Positions 1 to 9,771 of a DNA stretch of 64,000 nucleotides are shown here, piece after piece. Origin of the DNA: Planctomycetota bacterium (GTDB lineage: Bacteria > Planctomycetota > SZUA-567 > H5-PLA8). The first letter of the stretch is position 1, and every line of letters starts with the position of its first letter. The notes beneath the pieces were generated by a model, which was not told the origin of the DNA, ran no database searches, and saw only the letters and a list, made by a program, of their open reading frames with translations. Both the position numbers and the translations under genes were made by a program. Location: NCBI GenBank assembly GCA_038227875.1, contig JBBRPR010000048.1, forward strand, positions 1 through 64,000, given 5' to 3'.

Positions 1-243
1 CCCCTCTTCTCCTTGCGCTGTGCTGTGGAGTCGCGGGCGGGCGACCGCCCCGTACACAGTCTGCACAAGGTCACGAGTTAAGGGTGCTACGTTTTTGGAC
101 CGCCGATCGGCCCTCCGCCCTCCGCTCCGGTTTTCGACCGCCGTTTACAAACCGCCGCTGGTAGGGTCGGGAACTGGCGCGCCGGTGTAGATCGACATTT
201 GGGTTCCCTGTTTTCTCGCCCTTTCGGTTGCGAGTGTCCCACT

Positions 244-415
244 ATGACCACACTCAGGAAAAAGATGATCCAGGACATGCAGTTGCGGCGCTTCGCCGTC
301 ACCCATTACCATGGATTGAAGTTCTTCTACTTCCGGTGCCTGGCGAACGACTGGGCGCTCTTCAGCCGAAAGCGAATCCGCCTACCGGTTAAGGCTCGCT
401 TGCCAGTGCCACTTA
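244..415 (+). pseudogene. Tyrosine recombinase/integrase N-terminal (SAM-like) fragment of the type associated with IS91-like elements; internally deleted and truncated
   Basis: MTTLRKKMIQDMQLRRFA followed directly by GLKFFY..L..W...P..LP resembles this family's N-terminus with the intervening segment missing; no catalytic domain follows. Confidence 0.65.
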
Positions 416-462
416 TCAGTGGGCTCTGCAGCGATGAAGATCCGCACGGTCGGCGGCAGCAT
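415..462 (-). pseudogene. tnpB: IS66 accessory protein TnpB, N-terminal 16-aa remnant
   Basis: Minus strand reads MLPPTVRIFIAAEPTD from an ATG overlapping the TnpA stop (TGATG), then breaks off before the expected MRK.FDGL motif. Confidence 0.7.
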
Positions 463-824
463 CAGCACTGGGAGTTCTCCAGCACGGAAAGCAACCGCCG
501 CCGCCCGGCCTCATCGAATGATGCGCCCATGCGGATGGTCTGCCCGCCGCGCAGCGCGAGTTCAAAGCCCTCGCTTGCCGGCGACGGGGAAATCTGCACC
601 GGGATAAAGACTCGCTTGGCCTTCTTCGGCTTGGGCGCCTGAGCATTCTCGGTTTTGAGCGCCTGATCCCGCCGCGCTAGCTCGTGCTTCCACCACGAGA
701 GGTCTGCAGGAGCCCACTTCTGCTCGCGGCAGTACTCCGCCTGTGTCTGCCCACTTGCTTTCCAGGCTGCCACGCGATTGCGCCACTGCTGTTCCTTTGA
801 CAGATCACCAAGGATACGCCGCAC
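462..824 (-). mobile_element. tnpA: IS66 accessory protein TnpA (partial IS66, no tnpC)
   Basis: QQWRNRVAAWKASGQTQAEYCRE..LSWWKHEL HTH pattern, FIPVQI motif, coupling to the TnpB remnant; GTG start with upstream GGAGG is a best guess. Confidence 0.8.
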
Positions 825-859
825 TTTTCCTCCCGCCCAATCCACAAGATTTGACAATA

Positions 860-1728
860 CCCCCCCGCCCTGCGCAAACCGTGACTTCGGCTTTGACGAC
901 AACGCGCCGCTCCTTGCCCCAGGTCCCCGCTGCATAATAAAACTCGCCATAGCATCGTTCCGACTGGCCGGACTGGTTGGCTCTGTGGCGGGCCTTCTTC
1001 AGCAGCGGCTCCGCTCGTGCTTTGAGGATGCTGTTGGCGCCCATGTTAACGAGGTATTTCACGCCTTGGGCCTCGAGGAAATCAAACATCTCCGGCGCGG
1101 CAAACCCGCCGTCCAAGCGCACGCGAATGCTGATGTTCGGAAATTCTTCGCGCAGCCTGCGGATGATCCGGCGCAGCAATCCGCGTGCACCGCCCGTCGC
1201 CGGACTGTTTCCAGGCCGCAAGACTGCGGCGCAAAGATACTGCTCCGGTTCTTCATTGCCCCATTGGTCGTGAAAGGTCAGCGAGGCCAGCAGCGGCAAG
1301 TAACAATAGCCGTCGTAGTAACTGTTAAAGAATGTGAATTCCTGCTGACCGTGTGTCGGGTCGTCAGTGGGATCGACGTCTATCGTGACGATGCGGGGCT
1401 TCCGGTTGCCGCGAAGTTTCCGTTGATGCTTGATCTGCCAATCCAGCATCGTTTGGCCGATGCGCCAGAGGTCGCGCCGGGTCAGGGAATTTTCCAGCCG
1501 GCAAAGCGTTGAGGCCGAAGCCAGTTCTTGCCCTGCGCTCGCGCACATAAATTTGAAGATGGGGTCAGCGCGAAGTTTGTTCGCATCGTTGAGGTCGTCG
1601 TGGCCGCAGGCCCCCATGTAGATGCGCTGCTCTATCATTTCATGAAGCGGGTGATCGATCTTTCCGGGCTGCCGTTTGTCGCAGATTGCGGCAACGATGC
1701 GCTTGCACAAGCCCAAGCTGTGATCCAA
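860..1728 (-). pseudogene. IS1380-family DDE transposase, truncated
   Basis: DLNDANKLRADP, LASASTLCRLEN, IDVDPTDDPTHGQQE, FNSYYDGYCYLPL, LRPGN, RLDGGF, YAAGTW..ERRVVVKAE; C-terminus replaced by IS66 sequence; 5' end degenerate. Confidence 0.9.
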
Positions 1729-1980
1729 TCCGCCAATCCCACTCCATCAATGCTGGCGTCGCGTCGCTAGCCGCTGCAATCCGACCACAAAGAATTGCGA
1801 CGAGCAACAACACCCATTCAATCCGGTAACGCATGCAGTCCTCAAGTCGACTTTGGCGCTCCAAAGTCATCAGACGTATGATGTCTTATGTATGTACCCC
1901 GCGATCGTGAGTTGTAAAAATGTTTTTTCAAATCTTGTTAAGCAGAAAGATTCAATAGAGACCGGACTTATAAGGTGCAG

Positions 1981-4113
1981 TCAGTTCTTTTCAACGCGAG
2001 GTTCCACCCAGACTGCATGGGCAGCGCTGTCGCTGTCCCCGGTCTGAATCTCCAGTTCAAGCTTAACGACCCCAGAAATATCGACCAGAACATCCTGAGG
2101 TACTCTGGATGTATTCATCGGCTTGGAAATCCAGAGGTCTTTTCCATCACCTCGAACTTTGAAAATCACGGGCGATCCTGAAGTTCCCATATCATCGTTC
2201 AACGCGACTGCTGAACGGAGCGTACAAAAGGCTTTATTTAAAATGTAAGTCACATGGCATGGAATCTTGGCAGCGGGATGCATAGATAGACCGTGAGTAG
2301 ACAACTTGCCCAGAACTACAATTCGTCCGTTCAGATATCCCAAATCCCCTTTCTTGCCAAATTTTCCATGACCGACCCTCACTTCCGTCTCCGCCATGTC
2401 GCACAAGTAGAGTGATTTCTGATCGCCGATGAAATCCATGCGCGTTTTGAGCGTCTTAAGATTCGCTTCCATGACCGCCAACCCGGCATACTCGCGCTGG
2501 ATTGTTTCATAGGCACGCTTGGCCGCGTCCCAGGATTTGTTCTCGTACAATTCTTCCGCTTTTTTCCATGCCGCCATGGCGAGAATTTCTCGCTCCGCCA
2601 GCTTTTGTACTGCAATTCGATCAAGGTACCTTGTCGCAAGTTCATTTGGACCTGAATCGCGAGACTTGGCAAAGAAATCTTCGGCTTTAGCCGTATCTCC
2701 GGCGGCGAGAAAAAGTATTCCGCGCCGTCTTAAATCGTCAGACTTGCCTTTTCCCGTATCAATTGGAACTAAATTGCACACATCTTCTGGATCCAACTGT
2801 GATGCGTTAACGGCCAATTCCGGACCGTTTTTGAGTACGATGGAAACGCCATCTTTGGTTGGTATGACAACACCAGCCAGCGTTCCTTTCTTGAGCGAAA
2901 TGAGTGTTCCCGCCTTCTCCTTTAAAGCGGCAATAGCTTCGCTGTGGAATGCCTGAAGTTCAGCCAGATCGACCTTTTCCCGCTTGAGTTCCGCTTGGAT
3001 GACGGAATTCGCCGGATTGCGCAATTTGTCGTCGAGCAAACGATCTGCATCGCCGAATTGATTCCGCTTCAGGAACGGTGCGAGCTCTTTTAGTACCTCT
3101 AAGAATTGCTTTTGCGCCGTGGCGTTATCGGCGTCGGTATGAATTTTCTCGTCGGGTTGCTTTGCCTTGGGATCCGGTTCGTCGTTAACAACTTCTGGAG
3201 TACTTTGGGTTCGTTGAATTTCCGGTGCGACACTTGGCACCGACTCAGGTCCTGACGTAGTGATGGCTAAAGGCACCGCTGGAGCTACGGCCTCTTTGGG
3301 CGCGGAGTCGGTAAGGGCTTTCGCGTCGTTGCTTTCCACTTTTGGAGTTGTCGTTGCAGGCGTTACGGAAGGCGCAGGCGCTGTCACACGGGGCGGTGAA
3401 ACAGGCGGACTGGCCTGGGGCTGAATTTTCTCGACAGTAGGTGACACGGGTGGCATTGGCACACTGCGATCGACCTTGGCCGAATTTTTTGCGGCTGGAG
3501 ATCCAGCCACGAGTGCCAGTGTTCCGATCACGATCAAGGCTGCCAAAACGGCCAGGGCAATGGCGATCGGGTTGGTTTCGGATTGTGCTGCGGTGCGAGT
3601 GAGAACAGTGGCTTTCGAAGAACGCGCTTCTGCTTGTTTGACGCCCGAGCCTGCTTTGATAACTGAGTCTTGCGTCCGTTTCGATTCTGAACTGGCTTCG
3701 CGAATCGTTGGAACAGCGTTGCCACCGGACTTGCGACTGGCCTTGCGCAAATCCTCGTCGGAAATGGCGTCGAATTCCATCGTCATCACGCCTACGGCGC
3801 AGTCCTTGCAGTACACGCCTTTCAATTTCTTGTCGCGGCCGAGGCCATCCAGTATCTGTTGATCGGTAATGCGCTTGTTGCAGGTTTCGCAGAAGTAGAA
3901 TTTCGTGACGGGAGCCGACGCCGCGGATGAAATCACGGGTACGAACTGGCCGGTTGGATCATTCGGCCCAAGAACACGTGCGTTCGGAAGATCGGGAGCG
4001 GGGATGTTTAAGCGTGCGCATTCGCTGCAATATATTTTGCCGTCCCTGCGCACGTTACCAGGCGAGCCGGGCGTTAAATTCGCGGCACAAATGTCGCAAC
4101 TTGAGATTTTCAA
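1981..4113 (-). CDS. Membrane-anchored protein: two N-terminal Cys4 zinc fingers, TM helix, Pro-rich linker, helical region, C-terminal NPCBM/NEW2 carbohydrate-binding domain
   Basis: CDIC..CSEC and CETC..CKDC; TM IAIALAVLAALIVIGTLALVA; GLSMHP..AVALND..VIFKVRGDGK.LW..VDISGV..LEL..HAVWVEP. TTG start uncertain. Confidence 0.8.
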   Translation of the reverse strand: MKISSCDICAANLTPGSPGNVRRDGKIYCSECARLNIPAPDLPNARVLGPNDPTGQFVPVISSAASAPVTKFYFCETCNKRITDQQILDGLGRDKKLKGVYCKDCAVGVMTMEFDAISDEDLRKASRKSGGNAVPTIREASSESKRTQDSVIKAGSGVKQAEARSSKATVLTRTAAQSETNPIAIALAVLAALIVIGTLALVAGSPAAKNSAKVDRSVPMPPVSPTVEKIQPQASPPVSPPRVTAPAPSVTPATTTPKVESNDAKALTDSAPKEAVAPAVPLAITTSGPESVPSVAPEIQRTQSTPEVVNDEPDPKAKQPDEKIHTDADNATAQKQFLEVLKELAPFLKRNQFGDADRLLDDKLRNPANSVIQAELKREKVDLAELQAFHSEAIAALKEKAGTLISLKKGTLAGVVIPTKDGVSIVLKNGPELAVNASQLDPEDVCNLVPIDTGKGKSDDLRRRGILFLAAGDTAKAEDFFAKSRDSGPNELATRYLDRIAVQKLAEREILAMAAWKKAEELYENKSWDAAKRAYETIQREYAGLAVMEANLKTLKTRMDFIGDQKSLYLCDMAETEVRVGHGKFGKKGDLGYLNGRIVVLGKLSTHGLSMHPAAKIPCHVTYILNKAFCTLRSAVALNDDMGTSGSPVIFKVRGDGKDLWISKPMNTSRVPQDVLVDISGVVKLELEIQTGDSDSAAHAVWVEPRVEKN

Positions 4114-4335
4114 GATATTACCTTAGCTTAGCTAGTCGCCAATAGTCACAACTTTGCACGTTCACCGTCAAAGATGCAAAAAGCATGCCCCGCTTTTATA
4201 ACTCAAATTAGTTCCATAGTTGGTAAAAACCGCGCTCTACTTTTAAAACTGCGAGATTCCGCCTCAGGTCGGCGTACTCATAAGACGTCCGATGTCTATC
4301 CGGGCTGCGGCGGACTCTTCAGGGAGAGGAATGCG

Positions 4336-7269
4336 ATGCCAAAAAATACTTCATCTGCACTCATGACTCTAATGCTCTTACTAACGTTCACGGCCGCTAA
4401 CGCCGCCGACGATAAATCCAACGCTGCTGCCGGAACTTTACTGGGATCAGCAGACTTTCTGCCCACGCCCGAACATCCCATCGGCTGGCGCGGTGATGGC
4501 ACGGGCAAGTACCCCGGTGCGACGCCAACGACCGCGTGGGGAATCACGCTGAACGGCCCGTTCGGCAAAGGTTGGACCCAATCCGCCAAACCCGCCGAAG
4601 AGTTGCCGGGACCTGATGCGAGCGCCTTAAATCCGAATTCGCCATTCAATTTTCAATTTCTGATCCTGGGGCCATTTGCGGCTGGCGCGCCCGAAGCGGA
4701 AGCCGCGTTGAAGGAAGAGACCGTGCCCAACGAATCCGAGTTGGTCGGTGCGGAAGGCGTGGCTGTGAAAAATTGCCAATGGAAGAACGGTTGGATTACG
4801 GATGCAGCTGGAAATCCCAACGGTTTCTGGACGGGGACTAATCAGGTTGCATACGCCCATACGTATCTTTTTTTTGAGGAAGCGGGAAGCATCGATCTAT
4901 CCGTCGAACATATTGGCGGTCTGAAAGTGTGGTGTAACAGCAAGCAAGCCTACGCTGACCCCAAACCTTACAAATACACGTTGGGAAGAGCCAATTGTCG
5001 CTGGTTCACTGTTCCGGTCGTGAAGGGATGGAACCGGGTCCTCTGCAAAATCCTGCAGGGTGACAAGGGCTGGTTTCGCATGATGGGAATGGCGACCACG
5101 GTTACCGGATATACCAGCAAAAATATCGAATGGTCCGTGCCCATGCCGGATTTTAGTTTATCAACTCCCATCGTGGTGGGCGACAAGGTGTTTACCACCG
5201 CGGAACCGGCGGATTTGCTCTGCCTCCAGAAGACCACGGGCAAACTTTTATGGGCTCGTACGACGCTGGCATGGTATCCCGCCGTCGAGGACGAAAAAAA
5301 CGACGCGCCAACTCTGCAATTCGTACGATTTAATAGCACGACGCTGACTCTCAATTCCAGCGCGCCACTGGACAAGGCACTGGCAGAATCCCCAAGTTCG
5401 TATCAGGTGAGCGAAGCCAAAGTCGTGAAAGCGGAGTTGAGCCCAAACGGGTGCACGGTTCGACTTACTACGGATTCGCCGTGGGGGTGGAAGAACGACG
5501 ATACCGTGACGATAAAGTTTCCCGGGCTGAAATCGACGAATGGTCTGCCTGCCGCCGGCGATCTGGTCATTCCACTCTTAGTGAAGCGACCCTGCGGTGG
5601 TGACTTGCTGCATGAATTTCTCATCGGTGAACTGCATGAAAATATCCATTTCCCTGACGTCGTTCAGCAGGCAATTCTACCCGAAGCCGATTTAAAACCC
5701 GACGCAGATGCGAATTGGAAACAAGCGCGAAGCGAAAATGGCACATTTGATTTAAATGCAATCGTTGGCGGAAAACAGAATGCGGCCGTGCACGCCTGTG
5801 TCTATCTTTTTTCGGAAACCGATCGCAAAGTTCAATTGCTGGCGGGCAGCGACGACGGCATTCGTGTCGTGGTTAATGGTAAGGTTGTGCATATGAATCC
5901 TGCCGCACGTGGATTAACCGTCGATAGCGACCATATTCCCGACGTGGAGCTGAAAAAAGGCTGGAATACAGTCCTGCTGATGATTTCCCAAGCCAGCGGC
6001 GGTTGGGGATTCTGTCTCCGCGTTATGGATGAAACTGGAAAAAGTCCCGCCACAGGCGTGAGCTACACCGCCGCATATCCGGGCAAGCTTGGCGAAAAAG
6101 TGATCTTTCCAGTCGAGGACGCGAACGCGCCAGTTGCCGATGAAGTTAAAGGCGCGGGCAATTACGGCTCATTGCGCTCCAAGGTCGAACAGTTGGAGAA
6201 AATGAACGAGGACTATGCCAAGGGCACGGTCGATCAGAATGCGCGCAAGGCACTGGAAAAAGAACTTTTAAATGCTGTGGGCGCGAGCAAGAAATATAAT
6301 TACCACTGTCCCGGCTGGGGCGGAGGAAATTCCGCGCCGACACCCTGCACCGATGGCAAAGTGATCTACGTCTGGCACGGCGAGGCGGGAACCCTGGGTT
6401 GTTACACTCTGGACGGTGAGCGTAAATGGATTCGGTACATTCATCCGTACGGCAAAGGGGACGGTTCGCATCACGGCGTCAATGGATCGCCTATCATTTG
6501 TGGCGATCTCCTGATTATCCCGGGCTGGGGTTGCCTCATTGGCGTGGATCGCCACACCGGAAAGGAACTGTGGAATCGCAACTATTCCGGACGCGCGTAC
6601 TCCACACCCGTTGTAGACACGATTGAAAATTCGCCGGTGCTCATCCTGCCGACGGGCGGCGTTGTGCGCTTAACCGAAGACAAACCGGCAGCCACAACGA
6701 ATTTCTCATTCCGCTACGACGGCGAATGCGCCTCCCCCGCGGTGGACCGGGCCGGTCATCATTACGCAGTTCAGAGTTGGGGAGAAGTATCGATCGTTCA
6801 AACTCCGGCCAAACTCGATGCCGGCCCGGTAACCGTGACCGGAACAATTCCGGGCGGGAAAATCGGCTATATGGTTGGCTCGCCCCTGATCGATAACGGC
6901 TTGGTGTATTACGTCGGAAGCCAGGGGATTTTGCGGGTGGCGGATGTCGTCACGGGAAAATTAGTTTACGAGAAAAATCTACCACTTAGCCCTACTCATG
7001 GCAGTTCATTTAGCGCGGGCGTCGCTGCAAGTTTGGTTCAAGCTGGCGAGAATATCTACGTGTTCGATAACAACGGCACCGCCGTCGTTTTTGCGACGGG
7101 ACGCGAATATAAACAGATTGCAGTGAATCGCATTCAGAACGTAGATAAAGAGAGCCTCAATCAAGAGGTTTTTGAGAGCACACCGGTTTTGGACGGAGGG
7201 CGAATATTTCTACGGGGGACACGTAATTTCTACTGCATCAGCGCTCAAGACGGAGCGAAGCGGAAATGA
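4336..7269 (+). CDS. Secreted PQQ-binding-like (BamB-like) beta-propeller protein with inserted jelly-roll domains
   Basis: Signal peptide; GWRGDGTGKYP, STPIVVGDKVF, APTPCTDGK, ESTPVLDGGRIFLRG motifs; RBS GGAGAGG. Confidence 0.85.
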   Translation: MPKNTSSALMTLMLLLTFTAANAADDKSNAAAGTLLGSADFLPTPEHPIGWRGDGTGKYPGATPTTAWGITLNGPFGKGWTQSAKPAEELPGPDASALNPNSPFNFQFLILGPFAAGAPEAEAALKEETVPNESELVGAEGVAVKNCQWKNGWITDAAGNPNGFWTGTNQVAYAHTYLFFEEAGSIDLSVEHIGGLKVWCNSKQAYADPKPYKYTLGRANCRWFTVPVVKGWNRVLCKILQGDKGWFRMMGMATTVTGYTSKNIEWSVPMPDFSLSTPIVVGDKVFTTAEPADLLCLQKTTGKLLWARTTLAWYPAVEDEKNDAPTLQFVRFNSTTLTLNSSAPLDKALAESPSSYQVSEAKVVKAELSPNGCTVRLTTDSPWGWKNDDTVTIKFPGLKSTNGLPAAGDLVIPLLVKRPCGGDLLHEFLIGELHENIHFPDVVQQAILPEADLKPDADANWKQARSENGTFDLNAIVGGKQNAAVHACVYLFSETDRKVQLLAGSDDGIRVVVNGKVVHMNPAARGLTVDSDHIPDVELKKGWNTVLLMISQASGGWGFCLRVMDETGKSPATGVSYTAAYPGKLGEKVIFPVEDANAPVADEVKGAGNYGSLRSKVEQLEKMNEDYAKGTVDQNARKALEKELLNAVGASKKYNYHCPGWGGGNSAPTPCTDGKVIYVWHGEAGTLGCYTLDGERKWIRYIHPYGKGDGSHHGVNGSPIICGDLLIIPGWGCLIGVDRHTGKELWNRNYSGRAYSTPVVDTIENSPVLILPTGGVVRLTEDKPAATTNFSFRYDGECASPAVDRAGHHYAVQSWGEVSIVQTPAKLDAGPVTVTGTIPGGKIGYMVGSPLIDNGLVYYVGSQGILRVADVVTGKLVYEKNLPLSPTHGSSFSAGVAASLVQAGENIYVFDNNGTAVVFATGREYKQIAVNRIQNVDKESLNQEVFESTPVLDGGRIFLRGTRNFYCISAQDGAKRK

Positions 7270-9749
7270 GGAGCAATGAGCTCCACGCTGGGCGTAGAAG
7301 CGCCGCGGTGCTTGGAATTTTCTTCGGTGCATTAATCTCGAATGCCTCCATTCTGGTCGCTGAGGAACGTGCTGGCGAATGGCCGCCGGTGGCCGACGGA
7401 GGCAATACGTATTCTCAATCCGTCGATGGACGAACAATTGAGCGCTTTACGCACCAAAGTCGCAGTCAATGGGGATATCCCGTCCCTCAACCGAATTACT
7501 TTTTTCTCGTTCATCCAAAAAGGGAGAGTAAGAACGCTCCGCTATGCGTGGTATTGCATTCAGCCAACCGCACTGCGCTGGATTTTCTGGGGTACTATTT
7601 TCTAAATCGCAAAGTAGACCCAAAAGATATTCCTTCAGATATCGCGATTAATCTTCCAGACGATTTTTATGTACTGTTTTTGGACAGTAACAACGCGGAA
7701 TGGTGGGGCGCAACTATCGCCTCGGCGGATCCCGTCAAATATGGGAAAGAATCTACGCCAGCCGAAATGCGCGTGCTGGATACCGTCGAATGGGTCGCAT
7801 CGAAGTACAGTGTGGACCGCAATCGAATTTATCTGTCCGGCCTATCCATGGGCGGCTGCGGCAGCCTTGGCATCGGTCTGCCTCACGGGGACATTTTTGC
7901 CGCCGTAACTGCCCGGGTTCCGGCGGGAACGGGATATGTTTCGTGCCGGATGAACTGGACCTCTCCGCCCGCCGCCGATGCATCGCGCGCTGAAAAAGTC
8001 GAGTGGCTGACGAGATCCTTAATATCCCAAATCCCCGATCCGCCGGTGGTGATTGATATTTCTGCTCAGAACGACGATTGGTCAAAGGATCAGGCTGTTC
8101 TGCTGAATGCGGCACGAGAAGCCCGCTTTCCGCTGATCTTGGGATGGGGCCCGTTTGGACATAGCGGAAATCACTCTGACCTCGCTCGTCATTCAGGCCC
8201 TTCTGTGGTCATGACGTTTCCGTGGTTTGAAATTAAGAAAAATGAAGCGTATCCAGTGTTTACGCATGCAACGACTGACCAGCGTGCTCCCTGGATAAAC
8301 AAGCAAGGTGCGCAGGATGAGACGGGTCAGATCAATGCCTATTTCCGATGGAAAAGCACATCGGATACGCCATTGGCATTCAGAATGCAGCTATGGCTTG
8401 ACCGCCCTCCTGGAAATGCAGCACCGAGCCCAAAAGAATCAACCGCCGACGTCACACTTCGCCGATTGCAACAGTTCAAAGTCGCTCCAAATGAAAAATA
8501 CGATTGGATTTTGGCGCGAGATCACCGGACGGTTGCGTCCGGCGCGGTCGCGGCTGACGAGCTAGGGCTGCTCACAATCCCAGGTTTAGTGCTCCCTGCC
8601 ACTCCGTCAGAACTAAAAGTAACTCCACAGGAAAAATGGACATCATCAGCCAGTATAGAAAAAGCCGAACCCGAAGTGTGGATTATCTCCGGACAGTCGA
8701 ATGCCTGCGGTGGTGGCGAACTCCCGGGCTGCGCGCCAAATCCAAGAGTGCAAATGTGGTACGAGCATAGATGGGTCCAGGCTCAGGAACCGCTTTTCCT
8801 TGGCGGCACTCATTGGGGAGGCATTCAGAAAACGGATCCAAAAGGATTACTCGAAGGCGGCGTGGGTCCATGGATGACCGCCGCCAATGATATTTCCAAG
8901 GCGGGGATAGCAGTGCGCCTCTGTGGACATGCACTGGGAGGTCAGCCGATCAGTTATTGGAATGACGATGAGCCCGGTTGGAGGAATTTGAGCAAATGTA
9001 TTCACGAATGCGGTGAAGGAGCAGGCGTGTTTCTTTGGTATCAGGGAGAAAGCGACGGACTTGCGAACTCAACCTGCGATGCGTACCTGGAAAAACTGAA
9101 AGCATTGATTTCGAAAGTTCGAGCAGCCGCAAAATCTCCCAAAATGCTTGTGGTAATTATTCAAGTCGCGAGACAGGGCTTCATCGGCGGCGACTTCTCT
9201 CCCATTCGCGAAGCGCAGCGGCTGTATGTAAAGTCCGATCCTGACTCCATTCTCATTACCGCGTTAGGGCGGGCAGGTAGCATTCATCTTTCCACGCCAG
9301 GTTATTTCGACTTAGGTCATGAGGTTGCTCGAGCCTTGTTGCGCGTTAAATACAAACATACCGACGTGAACTGGCCCGGACCCGTCATGGACCAGGCAAT
9401 AATGGGAGACAATTCGACAAAAGTCATCGCCCATTTTGCCGAAGTAAAACGGCTGGGCGGCGCTGCAACGGACGATTTCAGCGCGCAAGACGCGGACGGC
9501 GTGGTGAAATGTACTAAAGCAGATGGCAAAAACACGTGTGTCGAATTGACGTTCGAACGAGCACTGAAAACTCAGGCGCGTCTTCGCTATGCCTATGGCA
9601 AAGATCCCAAAGGCGAATTGACCGATGAGGCCGGCAACCGAGCGCCGGCCGCGCAACTCGAGATTCAAGTGGGTCCAATTCCCGAGGACAAGGAAACAAT
9701 GGCTCCTAATGGTGCTGGAGATGCCATTAAGCCCGCTGGAACCAACTGA
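7266..9749 (+). CDS. Secreted bifunctional esterase: alpha/beta hydrolase plus sialate O-acetylesterase (SASA)-like domain
   Basis: DRNRIYLSGLSMGG nucleophile elbow; ISGQSNA and LWYQGESD motifs; ATGA overlap with the upstream gene. Confidence 0.8.
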   Translation: MRSNELHAGRRSAAVLGIFFGALISNASILVAEERAGEWPPVADGGNTYSQSVDGRTIERFTHQSRSQWGYPVPQPNYFFLVHPKRESKNAPLCVVLHSANRTALDFLGYYFLNRKVDPKDIPSDIAINLPDDFYVLFLDSNNAEWWGATIASADPVKYGKESTPAEMRVLDTVEWVASKYSVDRNRIYLSGLSMGGCGSLGIGLPHGDIFAAVTARVPAGTGYVSCRMNWTSPPAADASRAEKVEWLTRSLISQIPDPPVVIDISAQNDDWSKDQAVLLNAAREARFPLILGWGPFGHSGNHSDLARHSGPSVVMTFPWFEIKKNEAYPVFTHATTDQRAPWINKQGAQDETGQINAYFRWKSTSDTPLAFRMQLWLDRPPGNAAPSPKESTADVTLRRLQQFKVAPNEKYDWILARDHRTVASGAVAADELGLLTIPGLVLPATPSELKVTPQEKWTSSASIEKAEPEVWIISGQSNACGGGELPGCAPNPRVQMWYEHRWVQAQEPLFLGGTHWGGIQKTDPKGLLEGGVGPWMTAANDISKAGIAVRLCGHALGGQPISYWNDDEPGWRNLSKCIHECGEGAGVFLWYQGESDGLANSTCDAYLEKLKALISKVRAAAKSPKMLVVIIQVARQGFIGGDFSPIREAQRLYVKSDPDSILITALGRAGSIHLSTPGYFDLGHEVARALLRVKYKHTDVNWPGPVMDQAIMGDNSTKVIAHFAEVKRLGGAATDDFSAQDADGVVKCTKADGKNTCVELTFERALKTQARLRYAYGKDPKGELTDEAGNRAPAAQLEIQVGPIPEDKETMAPNGAGDAIKPAGTN

Positions 9750-9771
9750 CATGCCAGGAAGGGAACTGCGG

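Noticed and set aside
1640..1870. Signal-peptide-like 76-aa ORF
   Set aside because: Could equally be the decayed 5' end of the IS1380 transposase; not supportable as a gene.
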